From Planctomyces sp. SH-PL62 (lineage in GTDB: Bacteria; Planctomycetota; Planctomycetia; Planctomycetales; Planctomycetaceae): DNA of 64,000 nucleotides. Each line of letters starts with the position of its first letter. Positions within the stretch are counted from its first letter, which is position 1. Made by a program: the position numbers and the translations under genes. Under the pieces are notes generated by a model. It ran no database searches. It was given only the letters and a program-made list of their open reading frames with translations, and had not been told where the DNA came from. Of the stretch, positions 17,731 to 24,946 are shown one piece after another. The stretch lies in contig CAMDDX010000001.1 of NCBI GenBank assembly GCA_945893075.1, forward strand, positions 13,132 through 77,131, read 5' to 3'.

Positions 17731-17869
17731 TGGTACTGACGTTAGTGGCTTGATGCTGCGCGAACAAGCGGGGGACTCTGGTACCATCCCTGGCCCAAAT
17801 TGTGGCGAGTTGGTGACAACGAATGAGAACGCGGAGCGTGTCGTCGCGAGTTCGGAACGTGGTCAGGAA

Positions 17870-17968
17870 CACGCTGCCGAGTTGGCTCGGATCATCGCGG
17901 TGTGTTCCGAACTGCCGGCGGTGTTGAAGGGGGCGATGCTGGCGATTGTGGACTCGGCCGGCGCGGCG
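17870..17968. repeat. 99-bp repeat module A (encodes [25 protein letters not shown]), copy 1
   Basis: Nearly identical to 21323-21421 (three substitutions seen). A shortened version lies at about 22027-22089. Confidence 0.8.
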
Positions 17969-18107
17969 CGGAGCCGTCCAGGCAAGCCGTAGTGCGGACG
18001 GGCGGGAGTTGCTGTGGGTATCAGGCTGGCCTAGACTCCAATTGAACTTTCCGTGCGTCGAACGGTTGCGGGAACGGCATTGAAACCCTCAAAAATGATG
18101 CTCTGTC

Positions 18108-18935
18108 ATGGCTGACACGCTGAGCACACCGCTACCTGAATACGAATTGCCGCCCGTCATCGAGACGTTGCTCGGCGTACAATTTCAGCGATTGGAAGCA
18201 TGGGGAACGCCGCATTTCGGATTGTTTTGGCAACGAATTCGTGACGAGTACCCCGAATTCGAGATCCAGCCACCTCTCCAAATTCAGGAAGAACTTTTTG
18301 GAGCTGAGGATGTCCGCCCAAAGTCGCTGTCATTTCGACTCCAACAAGAGCCGCCTCTTCGCTGTTGGTTTTTGAATCAAACTGGTGAAAGGCTGCTGCA
18401 AATTCAGAACGGGCACTTCCTCCACAACTGGCGACGGATTCGCGAACAAGACGCCTACCCGCGATATGATCTGACGATTCGCCCGCGATTCGAGACGGAA
18501 TGGCGTCGCTTCTGTGAGTTTCTCGCCAGCGAAAAGATCCCTGAGCCGAAGATTACTCAGTGCGAAGTGATCTATGTGAACCACATTGTCCGTGGAATCG
18601 GCTGGGGGAGTCCCAAGGATTTGCCACAAGTCTTCCCATGCTGGTCGGGTGAGGTTTCTGGGTGTTTCTTACCAACGCCTGAGTCAGTCGTTCTCAATGC
18701 CAACTACGTTTTGCCAAACCAGCAAGGGCGATTACACATCGAGGCGGAGCCAGCAATTCGGGAAGTCGATGCTCAGGAGGTTCTGCAACTGAAACTGACT
18801 GTGCGAGGACGTCCGGCTTCGAGTAGCCTGTCCGACGTCTTGAATTGGTTCGATCTTGGTCGTGAGTGGATTGTTCGCGGGTTTACGGATTTCACATCCG
18901 CTCGAATGCACGAGCTTTGGAAGCGAAAGAGCTAA
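18108..18935 (+). CDS. Hypothetical protein, resembles the TIGR04255 uncharacterised family (recollection only)
   Basis: A 275-aa ORF with ATG start. The pattern VIETLLGVQF..., LLQIQNGHFLHNWRR..YPRY, CEVIYVNHI and a C-terminal WFDLGREWIVRGFTDFTS matches my memory of TIGR04255-type proteins. It is the first gene of a tightly packed three-gene operon. Confidence 0.6.
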   Translation: MADTLSTPLPEYELPPVIETLLGVQFQRLEAWGTPHFGLFWQRIRDEYPEFEIQPPLQIQEELFGAEDVRPKSLSFRLQQEPPLRCWFLNQTGERLLQIQNGHFLHNWRRIREQDAYPRYDLTIRPRFETEWRRFCEFLASEKIPEPKITQCEVIYVNHIVRGIGWGSPKDLPQVFPCWSGEVSGCFLPTPESVVLNANYVLPNQQGRLHIEAEPAIREVDAQEVLQLKLTVRGRPASSSLSDVLNWFDLGREWIVRGFTDFTSARMHELWKRKS

Positions 18936-18937
18936 CC

Positions 18938-19414
18938 ATGCCGCAAGGTCTGTACGAACCACGTCAGCGCGAGCGTCTGTCCGGTGGACAGCGTGGCGGA
19001 TTTGCCGTCAAGCCGGCAACGTCGGCGTTGTGGACCACTGTCAGTTCCCTGAGCGACGCAAGGGAATGGCAGCGGGATGCCTGGAAACAACTCAATGAGG
19101 TTCGTGCATTGCCCGCTGATTGGGATGGTTACGGAAGTCCGGTGATGAGCGAACGCTCTTTCCAACAGGCGTGCAAGCTAATCTTTGCTGTTGAGGTCGA
19201 GTATCTGCCGACTCCGCATCTTGGCCCAGAGTCCGGCGGCGCAGTGCAATTCGATTGGTGCAACGGCCGTCACGCTTTGGAACTGCATTTCCTCGCCGAC
19301 GGCACTGTCTCGTATCTGAAAACCGTCAACGGTGACTGCGAGGCAGACGGAGAACTCCCAGCCAATGCCATCAACGAATGGCGCTCACTGGTCGAGTGGC
19401 TGCAAGAAGGCTGA
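18938..19414 (+). CDS. Hypothetical protein (158 aa)
   Basis: ATG lies 2 nt after the stop of the upstream gene. The protein contains LPADWDGYGSPV. No family was assigned. The track ORF start (18866) overlaps the upstream gene. Confidence 0.6.
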   Translation: MPQGLYEPRQRERLSGGQRGGFAVKPATSALWTTVSSLSDAREWQRDAWKQLNEVRALPADWDGYGSPVMSERSFQQACKLIFAVEVEYLPTPHLGPESGGAVQFDWCNGRHALELHFLADGTVSYLKTVNGDCEADGELPANAINEWRSLVEWLQEG

Positions 19415-19438
19415 TCGGGTTCACGGAGACGAACCGCT

Positions 19439-19867
19439 ATGCCAACGGAACGTGCCGATGACCCAGCCATTCGCAACGAGGATGAGCTTTGGCGTTCCGT
19501 GCATCCCAGCCAATTGTTTTTAGACCCTCAGACAAAGCGGATACGACCAAAATCCGGCGCGTTCATTGACCGGAACACCGGTGAAATGTCGGTTGATGTG
19601 GCCCGCCTGACATCGTTGGATGCCATCCGCCATCGAAGACCACAGCACAGCTTTGCGAAATTCACGGCCGGCGACGTTCGGACGATGGAGTCTGGATACC
19701 GCGTTTGCTCTGATCCGATCCTTCCCAACAACCTGGAACACGAGCCACCGAATCCGGCGCACGCTGTTGTGTGTCCACGAATGAAAAGCTCAGACGCTCA
19801 AAAGCTCGCTACCAGTGAAAACGTCTGGGCCTTCTTGAATTCTCCCGACAGTGCCGCGGCAAGCTAA
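19439..19867 (+). CDS. Hypothetical protein (142 aa)
   Basis: ATG lies 24 nt after the previous stop. This is the third gene of the operon. The protein reads ELWRSVHPSQL...SGAFIDRNTGEMSVDVARL...NPAHAVVCP. No family was assigned. Confidence 0.6.
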   Translation: MPTERADDPAIRNEDELWRSVHPSQLFLDPQTKRIRPKSGAFIDRNTGEMSVDVARLTSLDAIRHRRPQHSFAKFTAGDVRTMESGYRVCSDPILPNNLEHEPPNPAHAVVCPRMKSSDAQKLATSENVWAFLNSPDSAAAS

Positions 19868-19930
19868 CGGACAAGGCCGAGCGAGGAACGCCACACCCAC
19901 CAATCTGACGCGGAAGTCCTGAGAACCGCA

Positions 19931-20061
19931 CGGCGAGTGGACGGTGAGGTGAGATGGCTGATCGAACGGTGAGACGGACGGTGCCACGGATCGGCTGGCC
20001 GGGAGTGTAAGCAGCGACGTTGTGGCTGACATGGACACAACCTCGAAGGTCGCGGGGATCG
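19931..20061. repeat. 131-bp repeat module S, copy 1
   Basis: CGGCGAGTGG.CGGTGAGGTG.GATGGC.GATCGAACGGTGAGACGGACGGTGCCACGGATCGGCT...GTCGCGGGGATCG recurs with the same length at 21417-21547, with scattered substitutions. Its first 20 nt recur at 22085-22104. Confidence 0.85.
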
Positions 20062-20155
20062 GATGGGTTTCGTCAATGAGCGGCGGGGTTGTGTCGGCAA
20101 GACTGGTGGGCACCGCGTCTTCCGAAGTCCGTCCATCGACGCCAGCATCTCGACA

Positions 20156-20788
20156 TCAGCGCGCCGGTTCCAAGCCGTCAAACAGTGCGGGAAGTTCCCC
20201 ACGTCGTCGGCGTTCAAAGAAACTGGCGGACAAACCGGATGGAATTGCGTTTCCATCAGGTGGATGCAGCTTCGCGAGATTCGGAAGGTCCGAAGGATGG
20301 CCAAACAGGCGGTGCTTCAACTCGCGAGCCTCTGCTGAAGACTCGGCATTCAAGAGCGTCCAAAGCCGAAACATCGTCTGCCGCGCCGACACCAGCGCGG
20401 GCCGATTCAACAGGCAGAGATCAATCAAGGCTTGCCCCTCGGCGGACTTCGCGATGACCGCACCGTCAGGGCTGACAGAGACATGCTCTGCCACTCGGTC
20501 TCGACACGGATTGAGTGGCGAATCGTGATCCTGTTTGGCCGAGTTACAACCGCAACAGGCATAGACCAAATTGGCGTAGTCGCGAGCCAAATCCGGCTGC
20601 CGGGACTGCGACTGAAGATGCTCCACGCTGAAGGCGGCATCACCGGCGGAGCTCCACGTTTCACGCCACAGACAGTAAACACAGCGAAAGGCAAACTCAT
20701 CGCGAAGCCAAGGCTTGAACGAGCGATAATCGTTGTAGCCTCGCGGCCCATGACGGCGTTGGTGAGCGTGCTGCGGATAGTCGAACAT
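20156..20788 (-). CDS. HNH-family nuclease (210 aa)
   Basis: FRCVYCLWRE...FSVEHLQSQS...NLVYACCGCNSAKQD is an HNH beta-beta-alpha-metal core with two Cys pairs. The start lies 9 nt downstream of the RHH gene stop. Confidence 0.75.
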   Translation of the reverse strand: MFDYPQHAHQRRHGPRGYNDYRSFKPWLRDEFAFRCVYCLWRETWSSAGDAAFSVEHLQSQSRQPDLARDYANLVYACCGCNSAKQDHDSPLNPCRDRVAEHVSVSPDGAVIAKSAEGQALIDLCLLNRPALVSARQTMFRLWTLLNAESSAEARELKHRLFGHPSDLPNLAKLHPPDGNAIPSGLSASFFERRRRGELPALFDGLEPAR

Positions 20789-20797
20789 GCCGCGCTC

Positions 20798-21148
20798 TCA
20801 AGTGGCTGTGACCGTGCCAGTGTGTGGGACAACGCGATCGACTGCCTCTCGCATGGCGGCCACATCGCTCAGCAATTGCGAGTCCCAAGCTTCCAGCCGT
20901 TCTGTCGCCAAGTCTTGCAGGTGTTCCAACTCGCGCGTTTCCGCCGCATCCAACCCCTGAGTGAACCGCTGATGAATCAACGCGACTCGCCGAGCATTCT
21001 TGGCCGACCAATCATCACTGGAATCGTCGGCATCAATCGCCGCATCCAGAATGGTCACGACCAATGATTCCACCGTGGTTCGTTGTGACTGAGCTTTCTT
21101 CTCCAACCGAGCGGCCAGTCTTTCCGGCACTGCGATCGTTTGCGACAT
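20798..21148 (-). CDS. Ribbon-helix-helix (CopG/Arc-like) protein, putative partner or antitoxin of the HNH nuclease
   Basis: MSQTIAVPERLAARLEKKAQSQRTTVESLVVTILDAAI has an RHH N-terminal pattern and is followed by a helical tail. The start is set at the internal Met (the track ORF runs to 21166). Confidence 0.65.
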   Translation of the reverse strand: MSQTIAVPERLAARLEKKAQSQRTTVESLVVTILDAAIDADDSSDDWSAKNARRVALIHQRFTQGLDAAETRELEHLQDLATERLEAWDSQLLSDVAAMREAVDRVVPHTGTVTAT

Positions 21149-21219
21149 GACAAGTCTCTCCCACAAACACTCGGTGGCTCTGAACGAGAATCAATCTATC
21201 GGACTCACCCGCAGTCAGA

Positions 21220-21237
21220 CAAGACGCTTGCGTCTTG
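21220..21237. promoter_or_regulatory. Candidate operator palindrome upstream of the RHH-HNH operon
   Basis: CAAGACGC-TT-GCGTCTTG has perfect 8-bp arms and lies 72 nt upstream of the RHH start codon. It is duplicated at 21999-22016, upstream of the second RHH copy. Confidence 0.35.
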
Positions 21238-21322
21238 CTCGGTGTCCCGTCCTCGATTCCATCCACTTCCGCGTCTTGCCGGGAGAGTTTGCGTTCGACG
21301 ACTGCGCGGGAAGGAATTTGGC

Positions 21323-21421
21323 CACGCTGCCGAGTTGGCTCGGATCGTCGCGGCGTGGTCCGAACTGCCGGCGGTGTTGAAGGGGGCGATGCTGGCGATT
21401 GTGGACTCGGCCGGCGCGGCG
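21323..21421. repeat. 99-bp repeat module A, copy 2
   Basis: See 17870-17968. It directly abuts repeat module S copy 2. Confidence 0.8.
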
Positions 21422-21547
21422 AGTGGGCGGTGAGGTGGGATGGCGGATCGAACGGTGAGACGGACGGTGCCACGGATCGGCTAGCCGCGAGTGTGAGCAG
21501 CGACGTGGTGGCTGACATTGATACAACCTCGAAAGTCGCGGGGATCG
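21417..21547. repeat. 131-bp repeat module S, copy 2
   Basis: See 19931-20061. Confidence 0.85.
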
Positions 21548-21576
21548 TGCTGCGGATAGTCGAACATGCCGCGCTC

Positions 21577-21927
21577 TCAAGTGGCCGTCGCCGTACCGGT
21601 GTGTGGGACAACGCGCTCGACCGCCTCTCGCATCGCCGCAACATCGCTCAGCAATTGCGAGTCCCAGGCTTCCAGCCGTTCTGTCGCCAAGTCTTGCAAG
21701 TGTTCCAACTCGCGCGTTTCCGCCGCATCCAACCCCTGAGCGAACCGCTGATGAATCAACGCGACTCGCCGAGCATTCTTGGCGGACCAATCATTACTGG
21801 AATCGTCGGCATCAATCGCCGCATCCAGAATGGTCACGACCAATGATTCCACCGTGGTTCGTTGTGACTGAGCTTGCTTCTCCAGTCGAGCGACCAATCT
21901 TTCCGGCACTGCGATCGTTTGCGACAT
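21577..21927 (-). CDS. Ribbon-helix-helix protein, duplicate copy (orphan: its HNH partner is reduced to 7 codons)
   Basis: The 116-aa translation is almost identical to that of 20798-21148. Downstream, only MFDYPQH of the HNH gene remains before the junction with module S. Confidence 0.5.
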   Translation of the reverse strand: MSQTIAVPERLVARLEKQAQSQRTTVESLVVTILDAAIDADDSSNDWSAKNARRVALIHQRFAQGLDAAETRELEHLQDLATERLEAWDSQLLSDVAAMREAVERVVPHTGTATAT

Positions 21928-21998
21928 GACAAGTCTCTCCCACAAACACTCGGTGGCTCTGAACGAGAATCAATCTATCGGACACGCCCGCAGTCAGA

Positions 21999-22016
21999 CA
22001 AGACGCTTGCGTCTTG
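21999..22016. promoter_or_regulatory. Candidate operator palindrome, duplicate copy
   Basis: Same 8-2-8 palindrome as at 21220-21237. Confidence 0.3.
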
Positions 22017-22026
22017 CTCGGTGTCG

Positions 22027-22089
22027 GCTGAATTGCAAGCGGTGTTGCAGGGGGCGATGCTTGCGATTGTGGACGCCACCGGTGCGGCG
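22027..22089. repeat. Repeat module A, shortened copy 3
   Basis: It encodes [21 protein letters not shown] and aligns to the ends of the 99-bp module with the middle missing. The first 20 nt of module S follow it. Confidence 0.6.
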
Positions 22090-22244
22090 AGTGGGCGGTG
22101 AGGTTGACTTGGCCGACGGACAGTTGTGCCATGAAGCGAGTCTTGGCCGGAGATTTTTCGATCGACTGCCGAGCGGCGAACCAACCGATCCGATTGTCTT
22201 CATCGCAGCACGGGCTGAGCGTCGTTTTTTGTGGGGCTTTCAGA

Positions 22245-23333
22245 ATGGCGAATTCCGAACACGTTGAAGTCGTTCGCAAGGGAACGGAAGCGATTCGATT
22301 GTGGCATGAGCGCAATCCCAACGAGTCGTTGAACCTTATCGAGGCAGACCTAAGCGGCGCAAATTTAAGCGGCGCGAACCTCAGGAGGGCAAATCTCTAC
22401 GGGGCGAACCTCATCAGGACGGATCTAAGCCGGTCGGACCTAATTCTTTCGGCCCTAATCGAGGCGAACCTCGGCGGGGCGAGCCTCATCGAAGCGAACC
22501 TAAACGGGGCGCAACTCATTGAAGCGAACCTCATCGGAACAAACCTCGACGGGACGAACCTCAGCGGGGCGAATCTCAACACTGTGTGCTGTGAGCATAC
22601 GGCGTTCACAGACGTTGATCTTTCACGTGTCGTGGGGCTTGAAACAGCGAGGCACAACGGACCGTCTTCAGTGGGCATCGACACCCTCTCCAAATCAAAA
22701 GGCCAGATCCCCGAAGTATTCCTGCGTGGTTGCGGCTTACGCGATTGGGAAATCGTTGCCTCCCGCTTGTACGCTGAGGGACTGACTCCCGATCGGATTA
22801 CGACCATCGGTTATGAACTCATCAACCTGAGAAACGATCAGCCGATTCAGTTCTTCTCGGCGTTTATCTCGTATGGTCACGCAGATAAGCCGTTCGCTCG
22901 GCGGTTGCACGATGCGCTTCAGAAACGCGGCATTCGCTGTTGGCTGGACGCGCACCAATTGCTTCCGGGTGATGACATTCACGAGCAGGTTGATCGTGGC
23001 ATTCGACTATGGGACAAGGTGCTGCTGTGTGGGTCTCGGCATTCGCTCACCAGTTGGTGGGTCGATAATGAAATTGAGACGGCCTTCGCCAAAGAACGTG
23101 AGTTGATGGAAGAGCGTGGCCGGAAGGTGCTGTCGTTGATCCCGTTGAATCTGGACAGCTTTCTGTTCGGGTGGGTCAACGGCAAGGCTCAACAAGTGAA
23201 ATCACGCCTCGCCGCCGACTTCACGGGCTGGGAGACGGACAACGCTACGTTTGAGCGGGAACTTGAGAAGTTGGTCAAAGCTCTGCGAGCCGACGATGGC
23301 GGACGGCCACCCGCACCGGAACCGAAGTTGTGA
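22245..23333 (+). CDS. Pentapeptide-repeat / TIR-domain fusion protein
   Basis: The N-terminal half has consecutive A(D/N)LxG-type pentapeptides ([33 protein letters not shown]...[18 protein letters not shown]). The C-terminal half has TIR motifs [39 protein letters not shown] and [15 protein letters not shown] (candidate catalytic Glu). The start is set at ATG 22245 (the track ORF starts at 22098, inside the repeat modules). Confidence 0.8.
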   Translation: MANSEHVEVVRKGTEAIRLWHERNPNESLNLIEADLSGANLSGANLRRANLYGANLIRTDLSRSDLILSALIEANLGGASLIEANLNGAQLIEANLIGTNLDGTNLSGANLNTVCCEHTAFTDVDLSRVVGLETARHNGPSSVGIDTLSKSKGQIPEVFLRGCGLRDWEIVASRLYAEGLTPDRITTIGYELINLRNDQPIQFFSAFISYGHADKPFARRLHDALQKRGIRCWLDAHQLLPGDDIHEQVDRGIRLWDKVLLCGSRHSLTSWWVDNEIETAFAKERELMEERGRKVLSLIPLNLDSFLFGWVNGKAQQVKSRLAADFTGWETDNATFERELEKLVKALRADDGGRPPAPEPKL

Positions 23334-23482
23334 AGGCCCCACGCCCATGCCGCCGTCCGGACCTTCACGGCCATCGTGCGAGCAGTTTTGGAGTTCGCTC
23401 GTTCTCGTTCCGATGCTATGTTGATGGCCGTGTCGAGTCATTGTGACGGTGCGAGTGCTTGCTTCCGCTCAGGAGTTGTCTG

Positions 23483-23944
23483 ATGAATTCTGTCACCATT
23501 CGATTGTCGAAGCCTGCGTTCGATCGCTTGCAGCAAGCGGCTCGCCGGTCGCGGCGGAGCGTGGATGAGTACGCTTCGGAGATGTGTGCGACGATGGCCA
23601 CGGTTGGTCCCGGTGAATTCTTCGTACCGTTGGGAGACTGTCGTGGGTTGCGAATGAAACGCTGGAAGGACAGCCTCGCTGACATCGACGCGGCTCTGAA
23701 AGTGATGGAGTTTCTCAGCGAGGCTGACTTGAAGCGGGCCTTCAAGACCGTGCCCACCAAACAGAGTCAGCAGGAGATGGCCGACCTCAACGACAAGGCA
23801 CAAAGCGTCGGTCTGACGAAGGCCGAGAAACAGCGATCCGAAGAACTTCGCGAATACTTCGACCAGTGCCAACTCATTCGCGCGAACGCGGCGGCGGTCT
23901 TGAAGCAACGTGGCTTTGACGTCAATAAGTTGCTGCGACCATGA
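23483..23944 (+). CDS. Ribbon-helix-helix-like protein, putative partner of the downstream HNH nuclease
   Basis: MNSVTIRLSKPAFDRLQQAARRSRRSVDEYASEM has an RHH-like N-terminus and is followed by a helical tail. Its stop overlaps the HNH start (ATGA at 23941-23944). Confidence 0.55.
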   Translation: MNSVTIRLSKPAFDRLQQAARRSRRSVDEYASEMCATMATVGPGEFFVPLGDCRGLRMKRWKDSLADIDAALKVMEFLSEADLKRAFKTVPTKQSQQEMADLNDKAQSVGLTKAEKQRSEELREYFDQCQLIRANAAAVLKQRGFDVNKLLRP

Positions 23945-24369
23945 GTGCGGCTTCCGTCTCGAAAAAGCTGCGGCAGAAAGTCGCTCGGCGTGCCAAGCAG
24001 CGCTGTGGGTATTGTTTGGTGGCGTCTTCGATCACCGGCGTCGAATTGCAGATCGAACATTTGTGGCCCACGTCCAAAGGTGGTCTGACCGTCGAGGACA
24101 ATCTTTGGCTGGCTTGCGCGGAATGCAACCAACGAAAATCTGATCGAACGCGAGTCGTTGATCCGCTGACAAAGAAAGAAGTGCCGTTATTTAATCCTCG
24201 CCAAGATGGTTGGCAGGATCATTTTCGTTGGTCGGACGACGGAACCGAAATCGTCGGATTGACGGCCGTTGCTCGCGCGACGATCGTCGCATTGCAACTC
24301 AACCGGCCAGCTCGAATCGCCGCAAGGCGGCGATGGGTGAGCGTCGGCTGGCATCCACCGAAAGACTGA
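23941..24369 (+). CDS. HNH endonuclease (142 aa)
   Basis: CGYCL...LQIEHLWPTSKGGLTVEDNLWLACAECNQRKSD is a canonical HNH core with two Cys pairs. Confidence 0.8.
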   Translation: MSAASVSKKLRQKVARRAKQRCGYCLVASSITGVELQIEHLWPTSKGGLTVEDNLWLACAECNQRKSDRTRVVDPLTKKEVPLFNPRQDGWQDHFRWSDDGTEIVGLTAVARATIVALQLNRPARIAARRRWVSVGWHPPKD

Positions 24370-24608
24370 CTCTCTGCGCTGCAATTCTTCGCCAAGGTCA
24401 TGAAAACCGTGCCGAATGCGGCGGACGTCGATCGTTGAGCGAACAACGAGCCTCAATCCGAGGGAACAGTGTTGCGAGCTACGGCCACCGACGACTTCTC
24501 TGGCCCAACTGTGTCACCAAGCCTAGCTCAAAATTGGCTCAAACCGGTGCCAGTGATAGACGATCCCTGAGAACGCTTGAGGCGACGGACGCGGAATCGT
24601 CTGCCAAC

Positions 24609-24632
24609 GAAAAACCCCCGAATCACCGGGGG
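24609..24632 (-). terminator. Terminator-like hairpin downstream (minus strand) of the second tRNA 3'-end copy
   Basis: The stem CCCCCG / CGGGGG has a 6-nt loop and is followed on the minus strand by TTTTTC. Confidence 0.4.
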
Positions 24633-24669
24633 ATTAGCAGCATCGACAACGCATGAGCAAACCTGAGAA

Positions 24670-24687
24670 GCGGAGAGAGGGGGATTC
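24670..24687. repeat. 18-nt direct repeat (tRNA-Ser 3' end), copy 2, att-like
   Basis: GCGGAGAGAGGGGGATTC reads on the minus strand as GAATCCCCC-TCTCTCC-GC (T-stem 3' strand, acceptor 3' strand, discriminator). No remainder of a tRNA is found upstream of it. Confidence 0.6.
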
Positions 24688-24946
24688 TCTGACCGGCGGC
24701 GCTTCTGGAACTCCGAATCATGGCAACTTACGCGATGATAGCACCTTGAGCGTTTGAGGCAATTCCGGTCAATCATGAGTGCCCGAGAGGTCCGATGATC
24801 GCAACGCCACAAAATTGCCACAAATGAAATCATGGAATGCGGCGAGTCGTGGTGAGGTTGGCTTGGAAACCAGCGAAACACTCAGATGTTCGTCTGACGA
24901 ATGTTTTTCAAACCGCACGCATGAATAATGAGAGCCAAGTCTTCGC

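Larger units (their letters stand above)
21548..22104. repeat. Second unit of a 779-bp tandem duplication (copy of 20769-21547 with an internal 111-bp loss)
   Basis: TGCTGCGGATAGTCGAACATGCC... at 20769 recurs at 21548, an offset of 779 bp. The copy includes the first 7 HNH codons, the RHH gene, the leader with the operator palindrome, a shortened module A and the first 20 nt of module S. Confidence 0.8.

Noticed and set aside
17660-17749. Calling an intact tRNA-Ser gene.
   Set aside because: No GGAGAGA 5' acceptor strand exists within or near the expected roughly 90-nt span. The D arm is collapsed and the T stem has a mismatch. It is therefore reported as a pseudogene or att remnant.
17657-17992. 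111-aa plus-strand ORF.
   Set aside because: Its first third is the reverse complement of the tRNA-Ser remnant. Only its last roughly 33 codons (repeat module A) are conserved elsewhere, and the differences between the copies are all non-synonymous. It is treated as a repeat or remnant, not a gene.
21140-21433. Plus-strand ORFs of 97 and 75 aa (21140-21433 and 21874-22101) covering the RHH leader and module A.
   Set aside because: They begin antisense within the RHH gene region and run through the non-coding leader. Only the module A tail is repeated. No start-site or coding-conservation support is seen.
19931-22104. Integron-like cassette array with attC sites.
   Set aside because: Repeat modules S and A are not imperfect palindromes with attC-type R/L boxes. 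They contain short direct repeats instead. No IntI-like integrase or attI is present. A tandem duplication plus deletion explains the pattern.
22330-22600. 15-bp periodic DNA repeats that might suggest a CRISPR array or satellite (also 27.3-33.5 kb).
   Set aside because: The periodicity is that of pentapeptide codons within open reading frames. There is no repeat-spacer structure with constant repeats, and no cas genes are present.
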